Origin: Selaginella moellendorffii
Lineage: Eukaryota; Plantae; Lycopodiophyta
Assembly: GCF_000143415.4 (NCBI RefSeq)
Contig: NW_003314425.1
Location: forward strand, 149,455 to 213,454
Direction: 5' to 3'
Length of the DNA: 64,000 nucleotides
A program made the position numbers and the translations under genes. A model generated the notes under the pieces. The model was given only the letters and a program-made list of their open reading frames with translations. It did not search any database and was not told the DNA's origin. Each line of letters opens with the position of its first letter. Position 1 is the first letter of the stretch. Of this stretch, positions 1 to 12,116 are shown piece by piece.

Positions 1-3000
1 AGGCAGCGGTTCTTGTGGATGGCCAGGTACTCCTCGTCGATTTTCTCTCGTTGGAATCACTGGGGAGCATTCCAGGCTGCAAGGGCGTGACTGCCATAGC
101 TCACGCTATATCTTTCGATGAGACGAGAGTCCCACCATCGCCTCGGTTGGCGGATGGTGGTGATCGAGCTCATTTGGCAGTGGCTGTGAGGAGCAAAATC
201 CTATTGTTCGAGGTCGTCTCGTGGCGGCAAGAGAAAGAGAACGTAGCATCACCGGGTGGTCTTCCAGTGACGAAGCTCTCTCTCATGCGAGAACTCTTTG
301 GGATTGAAGGAGCTCACGCTCTTGCCTGGGTGAAGAACTCCATCTTCATTGGGACGAGCCGCGAGTACATACTCTTCACCTTGCGGGACTCCCGAGCTAC
401 GAGGCTGTTTTCGTTTCCGGTGGAGAGCCCCTGGAAGCCTCTGCTCAAGCCATTTCCAAAGGAGTCACTGGTTCTACTGGTGATGGATATTGCGGGGATC
501 ATGGTGAACGAAGAAGGTCTTCCCGTGGGAGGAAGTCTGGTGTTCTCGGAGATTCCAGACGCCGTTGGACAGAGCTCGCCGTATGCATTGGTCGTCAACA
601 AGGGTGTTGTGGAGCTCTACCATTCTCAAACCGGCTCCAAGGTCCAGTCGCTGGCCTATGGCTCCGTTCCGGTTGAGCCACCTTGCCTTATAACGGATGA
701 TAACGATGGAATCATCGTCATCGCCAATGGTGACAAGGTATGTTAACTTGTGATGTCTCTGCTTCTCACTCATCTGGTATATAATCGGCAGGTCTCGTGT
801 TTCACTCGAATTTCGGTGGATGACCAGCTGAAAGATCTTTTAAAGCAGAAGCAGTACTCGGAGGCTGTGAAGCTGGCGAATGAGGAAGAGGGTGCTAAGT
901 CAAAGCTTGGCATGGTGCATGCTGAGGCCGGGTTCTTGCTTCTTGCCGACCTCCGTTTCGAAGAAGCCATTGATCACTTCTTGCGGTCGGACATTGTCGA
1001 GCCTACGGAATTATTTCCTTTCTTTCCGTCTCTTACTTCTCGCTGGCGGAATATGGTACTTGTTTCTGGTGAATCTCCGCTGTGGCTAACGTCGTGGCTT
1101 TCAGGTCCCTCGAAAGCGCTACTGGGGGCTTCACGCACCTCCTCAGCCAATACGTACAGTTATCGAAAGTGGTTTATATTCTCTACAAAATGGTCTGCTC
1201 ACGTCGCCGATTAAGTCGAAGCAGTTCCAGGGCGGTAGCAGAAGTGGACAATTGATGACACAGTATCAATTGGAAGCTTTTCAGTGTTTCGGGAGGTATC
1301 TATGTTTTAAAAAGTTCTATCTTAGACGCATTAACATCTGTCTTCGAATTTGCTTCATCTAGATACTGGGAGACAACACGGAAAAGAGATTTAAGCTCGA
1401 CATCAAGAGATGCCGTCGATACGGTCTTAGTGAAGCTTTATATCGAACTAGGGGCTACAAAGGAGCTTGAAGCGCTTGTTGCCGCCAGCAATCACTGCCT
1501 TTTGGTACGTGTACTCTATGCTCCCTTTTTGTTCAGAGTATGACTGACAAAGCAGGAGGAAGTGGAAAGCTTGCTAAGAACCTCTGGGCAATTTCGTGCT
1601 TTGGCATTTTTGTACGAAAGTAAGAACATGCTGGACTGTGCGCTCGAAACGTGGCATTATCTTGCTCAATCAGCCGAGCAGTCAGCCACACTGGAAACAG
1701 CTAGGCTGCTAGAGAGATGTTTTGATACTGACTTGGTACTCCGGCACGTACTTTGGGTTCGTATCAAGCTTCACTTTCGTCAGCCTGACTTCAACATATA
1801 GTACAGGTTATTCGATTGGACGAGAACATGGCATTCCGTATACTCACATCGCCTCAAAGGACTAAAGCACTTCCAGCAGGTTGGAAAACCAATTTTTTTC
1901 TGAGCTGTTACTTACTTGCTTTTGAAGATGATGTTCTACGAGTACTTGAAGCGGACAGCACCATGATTCGTCAAAGGTAAAGAAATTGTTTAGATTTTCT
2001 TGGTGGACTTCATATGAATATTACGCACCTGTCAGGTACCTACAATGGCTTATCGATGACCAGGGCTTTGACGATGCGCATATTCATACTGAACTGGCAC
2101 TGTCTCTTTCTCACTCAGTACTTCAAGCTGACGAGGGACCGGATTCCAGAGCTGCTTTACAGTCGTTTCTTGAGAGTTCGAGTAAGTATGATGTTGGTGC
2201 TGTGCTCGACTTGATAAGAGGAACAAATCTCTGGAGGGAACAGGTAATAACACATTACATGGATCTTAACAGCAGGACTGACCCCTGAGGCCCCAGGCAA
2301 TTTTGCATAGGAAACAGGGAAATGAGAAACTCGCACTGGAAATCCTGGCTTTGTAAGTCTTTGATTGCCGAGAGTTGATGGTAACCGTTTTTATTTGTTT
2401 CAGGAAACTCCAGGATAGCGATGCTGCAGAAAACTACTGTGCAGAGCTGGGCCGCCCCGACGCATACATGCAGTTACGTAATTCAGTCCCATGTTTTCCT
2501 TGGTGGCTTATCCTTGTCAATTCCTGCAGGCTGCTCCAGACTTATCTTGGAAACGAAGGAAATAACGTAAAACATGCTGTTCGGCTACTTGATCGGCATG
2601 GTCCCCAGCTCGACCCGATAGAAGTTTTGGATGTAAGGATGCCCATCTATTTTTCTTATCCATCCTTGTTCTAAAAACAATGCGTTCCAGGCTTTGCCAC
2701 CTGACATGCCACTTCACTTGGCATCTCAGGCGCTCGTGAGAACGCTACGAGCTCGCATTCATCTCCATCGCCAGGGCCAGGTACGCGATCAATCGTGTTT
2801 CTCGTCTGGTTCTCATGGGCTCTGCTGCCATCACTCTAGATCGAAAAGCACTTGACTCGAGGCATCAACTTCCAGACCAGGATGAAAAAACTCGAGGAAA
2901 GATCTCGGGAGATTCAAGTCACTGGCGAGAGTGTCTGCAGCTCGTGCAACGCACGGATTGGAACAAAACTCTTCGCAGTTTTTCCAAATGAATCAATCGC

Positions 3001-3102
3001 TTGCTACAAGGTAAGCTCCACTTTCTTTCTAGTTCTAGGCGAGAAATCTCTTGATCTTCTCTTTCGCAGTGCTTGAGACTACACGAACAAAACACGCAGT
3101 AA
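1..3102 (+). CDS. Vps3/Vps39/TGFBRAP1-like vacuolar sorting protein (CNH domain, CHCR, C-terminal zinc finger); 5'-truncated by the window, multi-exon
   Basis: Exon ORFs give a CNH-like N-terminus, 'EAGFLLLADLRFEEAIDHFLRS', 'AENYCAELGRPDAYMQL' and C-terminal 'CSSCNARIGTKLFAVFPNESIACYKC'. Short GT-AG introns; stop TAA at 3100-3102. Confidence 0.85.
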
Positions 3103-3238
3103 ATTTTGCCACTAGGTAGTAACTACACTAAAATTTTTGTCAATAATCTTACTGCCACGCGTCGCAATCGCAGCCAAGGATTTCTCAGAGAAATATCTTC
3201 GTTGCGCTAGGGTTTAGGGTTTACTACGGGCGGGAAGA

Positions 3239-4545
3239 ATGCATCGCGTAGCGCTGCATCCGGGCGCTACGACGATCACCCCCGCATTTGGGGGGCTCAA
3301 ATTCAATCGCAAGTGCTCGCTCATTCGGGCAGTCGGTAAGAATCCTTCTACTTCGTGTGATTTTGCATCGGCCTCGTTGTTTCCTTGCAGCTGGAAATGG
3401 TCCGTCGAGGGGCTTCTCTTCCGCTACGAGGAAGCAGCGAGAGGACACGAGGTATGGCGAAGAGGAGTATTGGAACAAACGCTACGCAGAGGAGGCGTTC
3501 ATGACATTCGATTGGTATCAACGCTATGCTGATCTCCAACCAATTTTGAAGAAGCATATACCAAAATCTGCCCGGGTTTTGATGGCTGGGTGTGGCAATG
3601 CGGGTGAGCTCTCTTCTAAACCTTTGTTTTTCCTTGGTTTCTCAAGAACTTGTGTAGCTCGAGAACTAAAAAATCTCTCTTTTCGCAGTTATGTCCGAGG
3701 ATATGGTGAGCGATGGCTATCAAAACATTGTCAACGTAGATTACTCGTCCGTCTTGATCAACGCCTTGCAGTTTAAGTACAAACACATGCCTCAACTTTC
3801 ATGTACGATCACGCCTTCTTTGTTTTATATCTTCGGAGTTTCTTTTTCCTTTTCAGATAAAACCATGGACGTTCGGAACATGGCCGAATTCAAAGACAAT
3901 ACTTTCGATGCTGCAATTGACAAAGGTAAAAGAGACGCTTGTACTCTCTTCCTTGCACTATCTTGCAGAATATCACCGTGGCTTTTACAGGTCTGGTAGA
4001 TGCGATGGTTGTAAGTATCTCGCAATCTTTTTCTTTACTCTCTGGATTCAGTATCTTTTGCTCAGTGTGCGACTAACGGTGCGGGAGACGTAACCCAGAT
4101 GCTGCGAGAGATGTACAGGTACGCTTTTCCTCTCCATTATCTACTGACATGCCTTCACTCATCCGTTACCTCCAGGGTCATAAAACCGGGTGGCAATTTT
4201 GTCATGGTAAGGAAAACAAAGACCATATTTTTGCTGCCAGGAGCTAACCTTTCGGTTCCTCTCATCCATTCCAGGTTACGTATGGCTTCCCCCTCATCAG
4301 AGTGCCCGCTTTGATGGACCGGGGCATGAGTTGGATCACAAACTGCTGGATTCTGCGTAAGAAATCTACGTTTTGGTTATGGAATAACTCTCTCGCACCG
4401 TGTTCCAGCTAAACCGTACTCCGGGAGCGAGCTCTCCGAATACCCGAGCCCCATCCCCATGGAAGTCCCAAACTTTATCAACACAAAGCAAGAGCATTAC
4501 GCGACTGGCACCAATTTTGTCTACGTTGCCACCAAGCGCTCATAG
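3239..4545 (+). CDS. SAM-dependent methyltransferase, METTL13/EEF1AKMT4-like, with putative organellar transit peptide; multi-exon
   Basis: 'YGEEEYWNKRY..FDWYQRY', motif I 'VLMAGCGNA', 'VNVDYS', 'MDVRNM..FDAAIDKG..DAM', 'RVIKPGG'. First exon MHRVALH... splices into this frame; stop TAG at 4543-4545. Confidence 0.85.
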
Positions 4546-5241
4546 GCGAGCTAAGTGCGCACACATCTAGAGGTCGGTCGGCGCGGTACTCTGGTTTCTC
4601 TTTTATAGCTTTCTCTTCGTCGTCGTTCGTGGATCGTATCCTTCCCGCTGGAATCTCGTCAATCGTTCTAAAAGCAGCAAAGCACGCTCGAGGGACAAGG
4701 GAGGAGCTTTAGACTTTAGACCATGGAAAGCTTGATCGAGTACGAGCTTAATAGAATCACAAAGCTTTGGCAAGAATGAACCAATGGTTTTTATTACCAA
4801 TAAGAATATATCGAAGCTATATCCTCTCACCACATGTAGGTTACGTGTGTGCACTCACACACATGCGCGCTGCATGTCCGGCAGTACAGCCATTAAATAA
4901 TCTTCGCTGTCCCATCGTCTCCTCTCTCTCGATCTTTTGCTTGTTTTGTTTTCATCTCACTTGGCTTCCACCACCACCAAAAAAAATCTCCTTCTTTCGC
5001 TGGATTCTATCCATCCATACCTCCTGATCTTGGTTTCTCTCCAATCTCTGGATCCTGATAAACACTTAGAACTCCACCGCAAAAGCAAAACCACACCCGG
5101 AAAGTGGAAAGTGAGCGATAACCGAAGAACTGATTTCCCTGACCTCGCGCACTTAAGAGAAGGGGTTTGAAAGCGAAAGCGATTGACAACTGCATTGCAC
5201 CCATTCCGCGCTCGTACGCTTCTGCGCATGCTGTCATCTTT

Positions 5242-5247
5242 CTGCTG

Positions 5248-5282
<35 letters not shown>

Positions 5283-5291
5283 CCTGCTGCT
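5242..5291. repeat. (CTG)n microsatellite downstream of the TCP gene
   Basis: Visible ctgctgcta(ctg)10ttcctgctg run. Confidence 0.9.
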
Positions 5292-5552
5292 AGGAGTTGC
5301 AAACTTGAAAATCGTTGTTAAAACGAAGGCGGCCTGAAGAAAGGAATCCACCACGAGCCTGTGTAAGTAATAATATAAAGTATCTAAACAAACAAACCTG
5401 TATCGACGAGCGTTGCTTGGCTTGCTTGTTTTCGTCCCTGCGTCGCATTGAACTTGGCGTCGTCCCGGCTGATTGGCGGCCAATAATCGGTCATCAAAGC
5501 ATTCCAGAGCGACCGATGATTTTCAACACTGATGATGAGCCTGATGGTGTAG

Positions 5553-7319
5553 TTAAGGTGGTCGAGCTCGCGGAATCGAGGACGAGCGGTGGTGACCACC
5601 GCCACCTCCGTCATCATCCTTGTTGAGCTCCACGATTTCATCATCACCGCCGATTCCATGGATAACTGCCGGAAACTGTTGCTGCGAGCCCGACTGATAG
5701 TAAGACGCTGGAGGATGAAACCTGCTACTGCTGCTGCTGGGTTCGCGCGGACCCGAAACGTTTCTATCTAGTAGACTACCAAAATGATGAGCCTGCTGCG
5801 GGGACGCTGGAAACGGCTCAGACTGCAGTGGTGACAAGCTCGTAAAAGAATGCTGCGGCCTCAGTAATCCTTGAAAGTATGACGATGGTGGTGGCTCTTC
5901 GAGAAGTGAGAAAGGCCGAAACTGAGGACTGGATGGCACGAACGGATCGGAGGGAAGCGGATTGGACGACAAAATTGGTGCTGCTGCTGCCGCTGATAGC
6001 TGAGGTGAGAAGTGACCAGGAGAAGTAACCGGGTTCGAAAAGAAGGACAAGTCAAGAGGAGTGGTGGCCAGAGGCAGCGACGCAAAGCCTGGAAAAGCGG
6101 GATGGAACTGCCTGCTTGGAACTTGCTCCAGGGACAGTAGCGCCTGTTGGAAGCCGAGCTGCCCGAGGAATTGGCCTTGGTAAGATTGAGAAGGCGGAGC
6201 CAAGTTCTGGAACGGGACGTGAGGATTCTGGAGCAAGCTGGTGAAGCTTTCAGGGACATTGAGCGCGCTGCTGTCGAACGGTATCATTGGAGCCGAATGT
6301 GGCATGCTGCTGGCGATGAACGACTGTGCCTCCGGAGAGTGCGAAGGGCTGGAAGGATCTCTACCTGTCGTTGTTGTTGTTTTCTCCTTCATCCGCTCCC
6401 TGGCCCTCTCCCTGGCCTTCACTCTCGACTCGAGCCTCGCCACGCCTCCTTTCCCACCATCTCCTCCTTCCTTGGCAGACGGGCTCTCAAGGAAAGGCTC
6501 CTGTAGCTTTTGCTCCTCTTGCCGTTCTGGCTCCCTGAAAGAAGACGAGCCTGGAGATAGTCCGATGGCTTGCGGATAGAACCGAGGGATGGCTGGTCCT
6601 GACTTCACGGACAATGCTGGAGAGAATGCTCCTCCGTGAGCGCCACCCGATGCCCTGTCCACGGCTGATGGAACCGGTGGAAGGTCGTCTATCGCTGCCT
6701 TGGCCTTCTTCAAAAGCCATTCCACTGCCTTGCTTGGCTGATCGTATCCCAGCCTATCTTGCACGTCGTAGAACTGAATCGCTGTCGCCACCGAGAGCCT
6801 CACTCTTCTATCCCGAAGCCCCTTGGAAGTCTGGACTTTGCTATGTCGATCTTTCCCACCTGACGGTCTAACGCTACCACGGGGCCTGTCTACCTCTACC
6901 TCTACGGAGTGAGCACTTCCGGGCTTGGGGGAGTCGACTACTACCTTGGCGCGAACTTTCCTCTCTCCGGTAACATTCTTCTTGAACGTATCACCCACAC
7001 CTGCGCTCTCGGAGCTGAAATCCATGGCGGCTCCAGATCCCAAGGCTCCTCCACTCTCGGGCTTCCGGAACGAGCCATCATCAAAGCTTGTCGACTCGCT
7101 GTCGGTTCGTCCTCCTCCCTCAGCATCCGCTGCTCCCTCCCTATCCCTTTTCCTGCGATCCATGCCGCTTTTCTCCGTCCCCCTTTCGATGAATTTTCCA
7201 TAGTCCAACGATTCGTGACGTTTCCCCTGGAGGAAATCTTTGGAATTTGGTGTCAGCTTCTGCCGACATGTGGAGCCAGCATTCCAGTGTGAGCATACTG
7301 GTGGTCGTGATTCAAACAA
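5553..7319 (-). CDS. Class II (CIN-like, TCP2-type) TCP transcription factor with R domain; true start may be internal (MDRRKRD, ~7163)
   Basis: TCP domain '[53 protein letters not shown]' and R domain '[17 protein letters not shown]'. Confidence 0.93.
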   Translation of the reverse strand: MFESRPPVCSHWNAGSTCRQKLTPNSKDFLQGKRHESLDYGKFIERGTEKSGMDRRKRDREGAADAEGGGRTDSESTSFDDGSFRKPESGGALGSGAAMDFSSESAGVGDTFKKNVTGERKVRAKVVVDSPKPGSAHSVEVEVDRPRGSVRPSGGKDRHSKVQTSKGLRDRRVRLSVATAIQFYDVQDRLGYDQPSKAVEWLLKKAKAAIDDLPPVPSAVDRASGGAHGGAFSPALSVKSGPAIPRFYPQAIGLSPGSSSFREPERQEEQKLQEPFLESPSAKEGGDGGKGGVARLESRVKARERARERMKEKTTTTTGRDPSSPSHSPEAQSFIASSMPHSAPMIPFDSSALNVPESFTSLLQNPHVPFQNLAPPSQSYQGQFLGQLGFQQALLSLEQVPSRQFHPAFPGFASLPLATTPLDLSFFSNPVTSPGHFSPQLSAAAAAPILSSNPLPSDPFVPSSPQFRPFSLLEEPPPSSYFQGLLRPQHSFTSLSPLQSEPFPASPQQAHHFGSLLDRNVSGPREPSSSSSRFHPPASYYQSGSQQQFPAVIHGIGGDDEIVELNKDDDGGGGGHHRSSSIPRARPP

Positions 7320-10171
7320 CGAGAATTGTGACAGCCTCTTCGCCCATCGCTTGCAACCATTCTCGAGCTCACATTCCTTCAGGAGACTTTTAGCTGATCA
7401 TCTGCAATGTAAAAACTATAAGACTCCAGAACTTGTGCTTAAGAAAAAAGCATCACTTTACCACCGAGATGGCAAACAGGGACGACCAGCAGCAGTGATC
7501 ACAGCCGGAGAGGAATCATGAGCACCAATTTGCTTGCTTGTCAAGTCAGGCATAGCATACCGGTCCTAGCATGTCGGACTTGTGTGTTGTTAGAATATAA
7601 GTGGGCGTCGAGTACCGCAAAAGAGAAAAGCAAGTGAGGAGGAAAAAGAAACGAAGAAAAGAACAGCAAGAGAGACAGACCTTGTTGCACTTGCGAGAAT
7701 CGGGAAAGCAGTGAGTAGCCAGACGAGCGATCTGTCACGACGATGTCTCTCGGTGAAGAAGAACACACTGTCCGATGAAAAACATGATCAGGCCAGTGTA
7801 CTGCTGGTGCGATGAGAGCCATTTTGTCTGATAAGCGAAACAAATCCTCCCAGCTCCAGTCCCAATCCTCCCAGTCCCAGTCGTGTTCCACCCAGTAGCT
7901 CCATCCAAAAACGAAGTCCCATTAACTATGCCTGCCACTACTGCCCGCCCTGACCCCTTTGGACTCGAGTGAAAGGGATGCGCTAACCAGAGCGCTGCTC
8001 GCCAGAGCCACCAGAGAGTTGCGACAGCGAAATCTCTTTTCTCCCGCAATGAATTGGCTGATGGAGAGGCTTGCCGCCGCACAATAACGGAGCTGGAAAG
8101 GGCCAATCTAAATGCTGGCGGCGCCGCGGCAGCGAGAGGCTGTGGGAAGGAATCTTGGCCAAAACCAGGCGCTGCAGCGATCGCTTTTCGAAGCCGCGCT
8201 ATGGAAATCCTGGAAATCTTGGCATACGCTCCGATCAGCCTTTCTGTCCCTGGAGAAACCGCGAGATCGGTTGATCGCGTGTGCGCTCAAGGATAGCACG
8301 AGAATGGCGAACTTACATCGCGTCCGTGGGGTGTGATTGGCGCAGTTATGGCGAAATCTCCAGAATGCTGGCTCGCCGTCGGCCAAGAACCCTAGGAGCA
8401 AGGAAGAAGAAAGCTTGCCATAAACCCCACGGGCGAGGCCTCACGCGTGAAGGGCGCCAGTTCAAACGCTGGCCTGGCCCTTCACGCGTGATGGGCGTAC
8501 ACGTGTCAGCAATCTGGACACTAATGCGCGAGGCACGAATCTAGCGTTATAGGAAACCTTGATTTTATAGGCTTTGACCATCAATGTACATGGTTTAGCA
8601 AGCGAAGTTTTTTTTTAATCATACAAACTCCATCGTGACGATTAAAAAATCTATAGAATCGTCAACTTGACACAATTTCGCCTGTGGGTATAATCAAAGG
8701 AAAGCTTTGTTTTAGCCTGGAAGTGAGTGATCAAAGACTTTGGATATAGCACGTAAACGGAGGCGTTGTTTTCATGGACAGTGTCTTCCAAGCCGCAACT
8801 CTGAGAAAGATGTGAAGCAAGAAGATCGATCGCTCACCTCGTGTGATCATGCCATAGAAACATCGTCGACGACCTGGAAAAACCATCCCTCTCTCGCCAA
8901 GAGCGACATGCCCACGCAAAGTGGTCCTTGTTTCTAGCGTGAGTGACCAGACTTTCCGGCTTAGAGGCTCTAACAGCGCGCATTTTTCCTGCGCAAGAGA
9001 GAAAAAACACTTCCGAGAGATTCGATGCACAAAACTAGAGGGAAAAAGGAAACGAAAGCACTGACTCACCGCGTGCGTGTGCTGAGGAGTTTGTCGCGAA
9101 TCACGAATCTGGAACTTCCTTCCAGGCAAAATGAGATTAACAGCGTCACAGTTGCGTTGCGTGCCAAGTCAGGACGAAGAACGCGTACCCCTTTTCCTTG
9201 GACGGGCCATCCACACGAACGAATCCAAAACAAAAAAACGCAGATCTCAATGCTGCTGATGCCGATGCTGAGGCTCCTGCAACACTCACGTTCGCAAAGT
9301 ATTAGCATAAAACTCGGCTTAGAAAGCAAAAAACAAAAGCAAACTCTAACTTACGTCTTCGGGGTGTCACAACCAAACTTTCTGCTGTAACTCCTCAGCT
9401 CTCCTGTAAAAGTAGGCCCATCGTCATAGCACAGGTTGGTGATGCTTCATCATCATCACAAGCGACCAAATTTTCCTCCATATCTTTCTCTTCGTTTTTT
9501 TTTCTTTTTTTCTCTGCTCGTTTTTCGGCTGCCACGGACGGGGCTGACCGAGTCGTCCGTGTCTCAAGCTCCGAAACACTGGTGGCATTGCAACCAACTT
9601 GACTCCATAGTGACACCCATGATGCAGCACCAACACCAGCCAGCAGCTTGAAAGAGATCGACTGACAACGTTGCTGCTGTAAGAGCTGCCTGGCTGCCAC
9701 TGCTCTTCCCAAGTACCGGTTATAAAGAAAAAATTTCTCGCCCAATTGCTGTTCTTCTTTTCTTCCCGTCCTCTCACGTGACATCCACGGCTTTAAACCT
9801 TTTGTCCTCTTTCCCCCCTGATGCCTCCCACAAACTTACTGATCAAGAAAAAGCGGTGTATTTCCAGCTGATTGCGACGCATCAACTCCAAGCGGATTCA
9901 CAGATCTTCCGAGGCGTCATCTGCGCTTGCAAAGGAAATATCCCGTCCCTGAAAGCTTGACTCGCTTCCTACGTGTCAGTGTCACAGTTGCTGTTGTTGC
10001 TGATGCCACCGTTTCGAGAAACAAAGGGGCGTCGGCAACACGATGGCAAATTAAAAGCTTCTTTCCATTGACTACAAAGCCTGAGGAAACAAGGGAAGAA
10101 CTCCTGCATCAGTCCATCATTAACTCCCGATCGATGAGAAGAAGTTTAAACAACGGAGAACCTTTGCGTTT

Positions 10172-10572
10172 TTAACTCTCGCGCCGCTTGTCGGTTTTCT
10201 CTCCTCCGCTGGTGGCTTCGATGGAAGAAGATGATGGCTCCGTCGGCGCGGTAGCTTTATGGCCGGGGTTCGTGATCATGACGAAGTCAAGAAGCTGCGG
10301 CTCTTTCTCGGTCTTCAAGGTAGATGGCATTCCGGAAAGTTCCTGAACTAAAGAATGATAAACAAGAAACAGTGAAAGAATTAATTACCTTGAGAAGATG
10401 GATCCTAAGCTGGCTCGGAGAAACGCTTTCTCCAATACAAGTCATGACGAATGGAGAGTAATGCATCAAGGCGTGAGCTGCCGCCAATTTCTTCTCTTCT
10501 ACCTGGAAATTCGCGTTGGAATTAGAAATGATCGCGCCCACATCGCCATATTCTCACCTCGTAGCTCTCCAT
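10172..10572 (-). CDS. Small (~99 aa) uncharacterised plant protein, 3 coding exons
   Basis: Manual splicing gives MESYE|VEEKKLAAAHALMHYSPFVMTCIGESVSPSQLRIHLLK|ELSGMPSTLK...KRRES* with canonical GT-AG introns. I recall a similar conserved plant hypothetical protein (VEEKKQAA..FVMACIG..LRLHLMKEISGMP) but have not verified it. Confidence 0.65.
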
Positions 10573-10647
10573 ACACACTAGCCCTAGAGGAAAGCAAAGG
10601 CTTCACCGACTTGATAGAATAAAATAAAACAGCTCACCCGCAAACTT

Positions 10648-11947
10648 TCACTTGGGAGCCTCTTGAATTGGTTTGATCCCCACGCTGCTGAGACGCAGCT
10701 GTTTTGACGTACGCCTGAAAGGTTCATGAAATGCATCATGGAGTCGCTTCACCTGCATAGCATTAAGAGAAAACGTTTCAATACGAATTTCCATTGAAAC
10801 CTTCGTACCTTCCGCTCGCCGATACCAGGACAGCGTGCTAAATCTTCCATGGAAGCGCTCATCACTGATGCCATGCTCTAAAGCAAGAGAAGTAGAAATC
10901 GTAAGAACGAACTTTTACATCAAAGTAAAAGCACGGCAAGCAAGAGATTTCTGCTTACCCCAAATGTTGAACCGAGTGTAACAACATCCGTCTTATTGAT
11001 ATGCCTCACGCTCGTCAATGCACTCGTGAGCTGCCAAACGATTAGCATTTGTTTACGCAAAACCATCTCCAAGTAAGCTTACTCGGGACAAGTAGTCTTG
11101 GTCAGTCCTTTCTTGGATGTTATCGGCTGGCTTGTTTTCGTACATCTTTATAGTTTCCAGGTAGCGAGCGCATTCTTCCAAGCTGCAACGAACGTTACAA
11201 CATACGATCAGAAAATACTACAGCAGTTTTGAAGCAAAGTACCTCCAAGCACAGAGCAGACTACAGTCATGGAGCAAAGCCGTCTTTGTCACTTCGTGCA
11301 ATGGCTTAATGACATCCTCCTGAATAGTTCGAGAAGAAGAAAGCGTTATAGAGCCGAGCTATGAAAGAAAAATGTGGAGATATCACTTACCACATCCACA
11401 TAGCACAACACGACTCGCAATCTAAAGTTTTTCTGCAGCTCGCGAATTCTAAAGTAGAGGTAATCCGGGTGAAGAAGATGGTAGCGGATGCTACACACAA
11501 AGGACGCAGAAGTTTAGAACATCTTTCCAAATGCTTGAGAAGTTTCGCTACCTGAGATACAAGGCACAGGAGCTCTGGCCAAGGACATAATCGGGAACAA
11601 TGTCGTCAAACGTCCACCTCACATTGCGAATAAACTTGAGCACCGGATTTCCTTGCTGACAAAAAAAAAAGATGAATCACTCATTCTTTCGGAGCTTGGA
11701 GAAATCTCACTGACCTGACGCCGGCTCACAAGAATCGCATTTCGCGATTGCGAATTAGAAGCCCCGCTTGCTGCTCCTGCTGGCGCCGATCTGCGAAACA
11801 ACGATCAATCGCAAAATCCTCGCAATGGTAGCTCCAATCCAAAACAAACCCTGAAGGAGGAGGCACTGGAGCGGAGTAGAACGCGCCTTGCCTCACGAAA
11901 GAGAATGCATCCCCAAAGGACTGTTGCCGTGGAGCTTCTCCCTCCAT
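10648..11947 (-). CDS. ERCC1: DNA excision repair protein ERCC1; multi-exon
   Basis: 'NAILVSRRQ|[25 protein letters not shown]', '[17 protein letters not shown]', '[19 protein letters not shown]', HhH '[17 protein letters not shown]', last exon '[12 protein letters not shown]'; TGA at 10648-10650. Confidence 0.92.
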
Positions 11948-12116
11948 AGCCCAAAACCTCCAGCCCTAAATAAAAGCCCTAATTTCTACCGTACAAGGAG
12001 GGAAATGTACGGCAAATCTTTGTTTCAAAGCATTCTCGGCTATGGCGGATGGAGGGAGGAGGCGAAATCCCCCGGAGAGGTGATCCTCGAGGTAGGGATT
12101 AGCGCACCCTGGCACC

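Noticed and set aside
5007-5483. 158-aa ORF with poly-Ser
   Set aside because: Poly-Ser comes from the CTG microsatellite; probably TCP 3' UTR.
7541-10175. Many short ORFs upstream of TCP
   Set aside because: No recognisable domains and mostly non-ATG starts; consistent with UTR, intron or promoter sequence.
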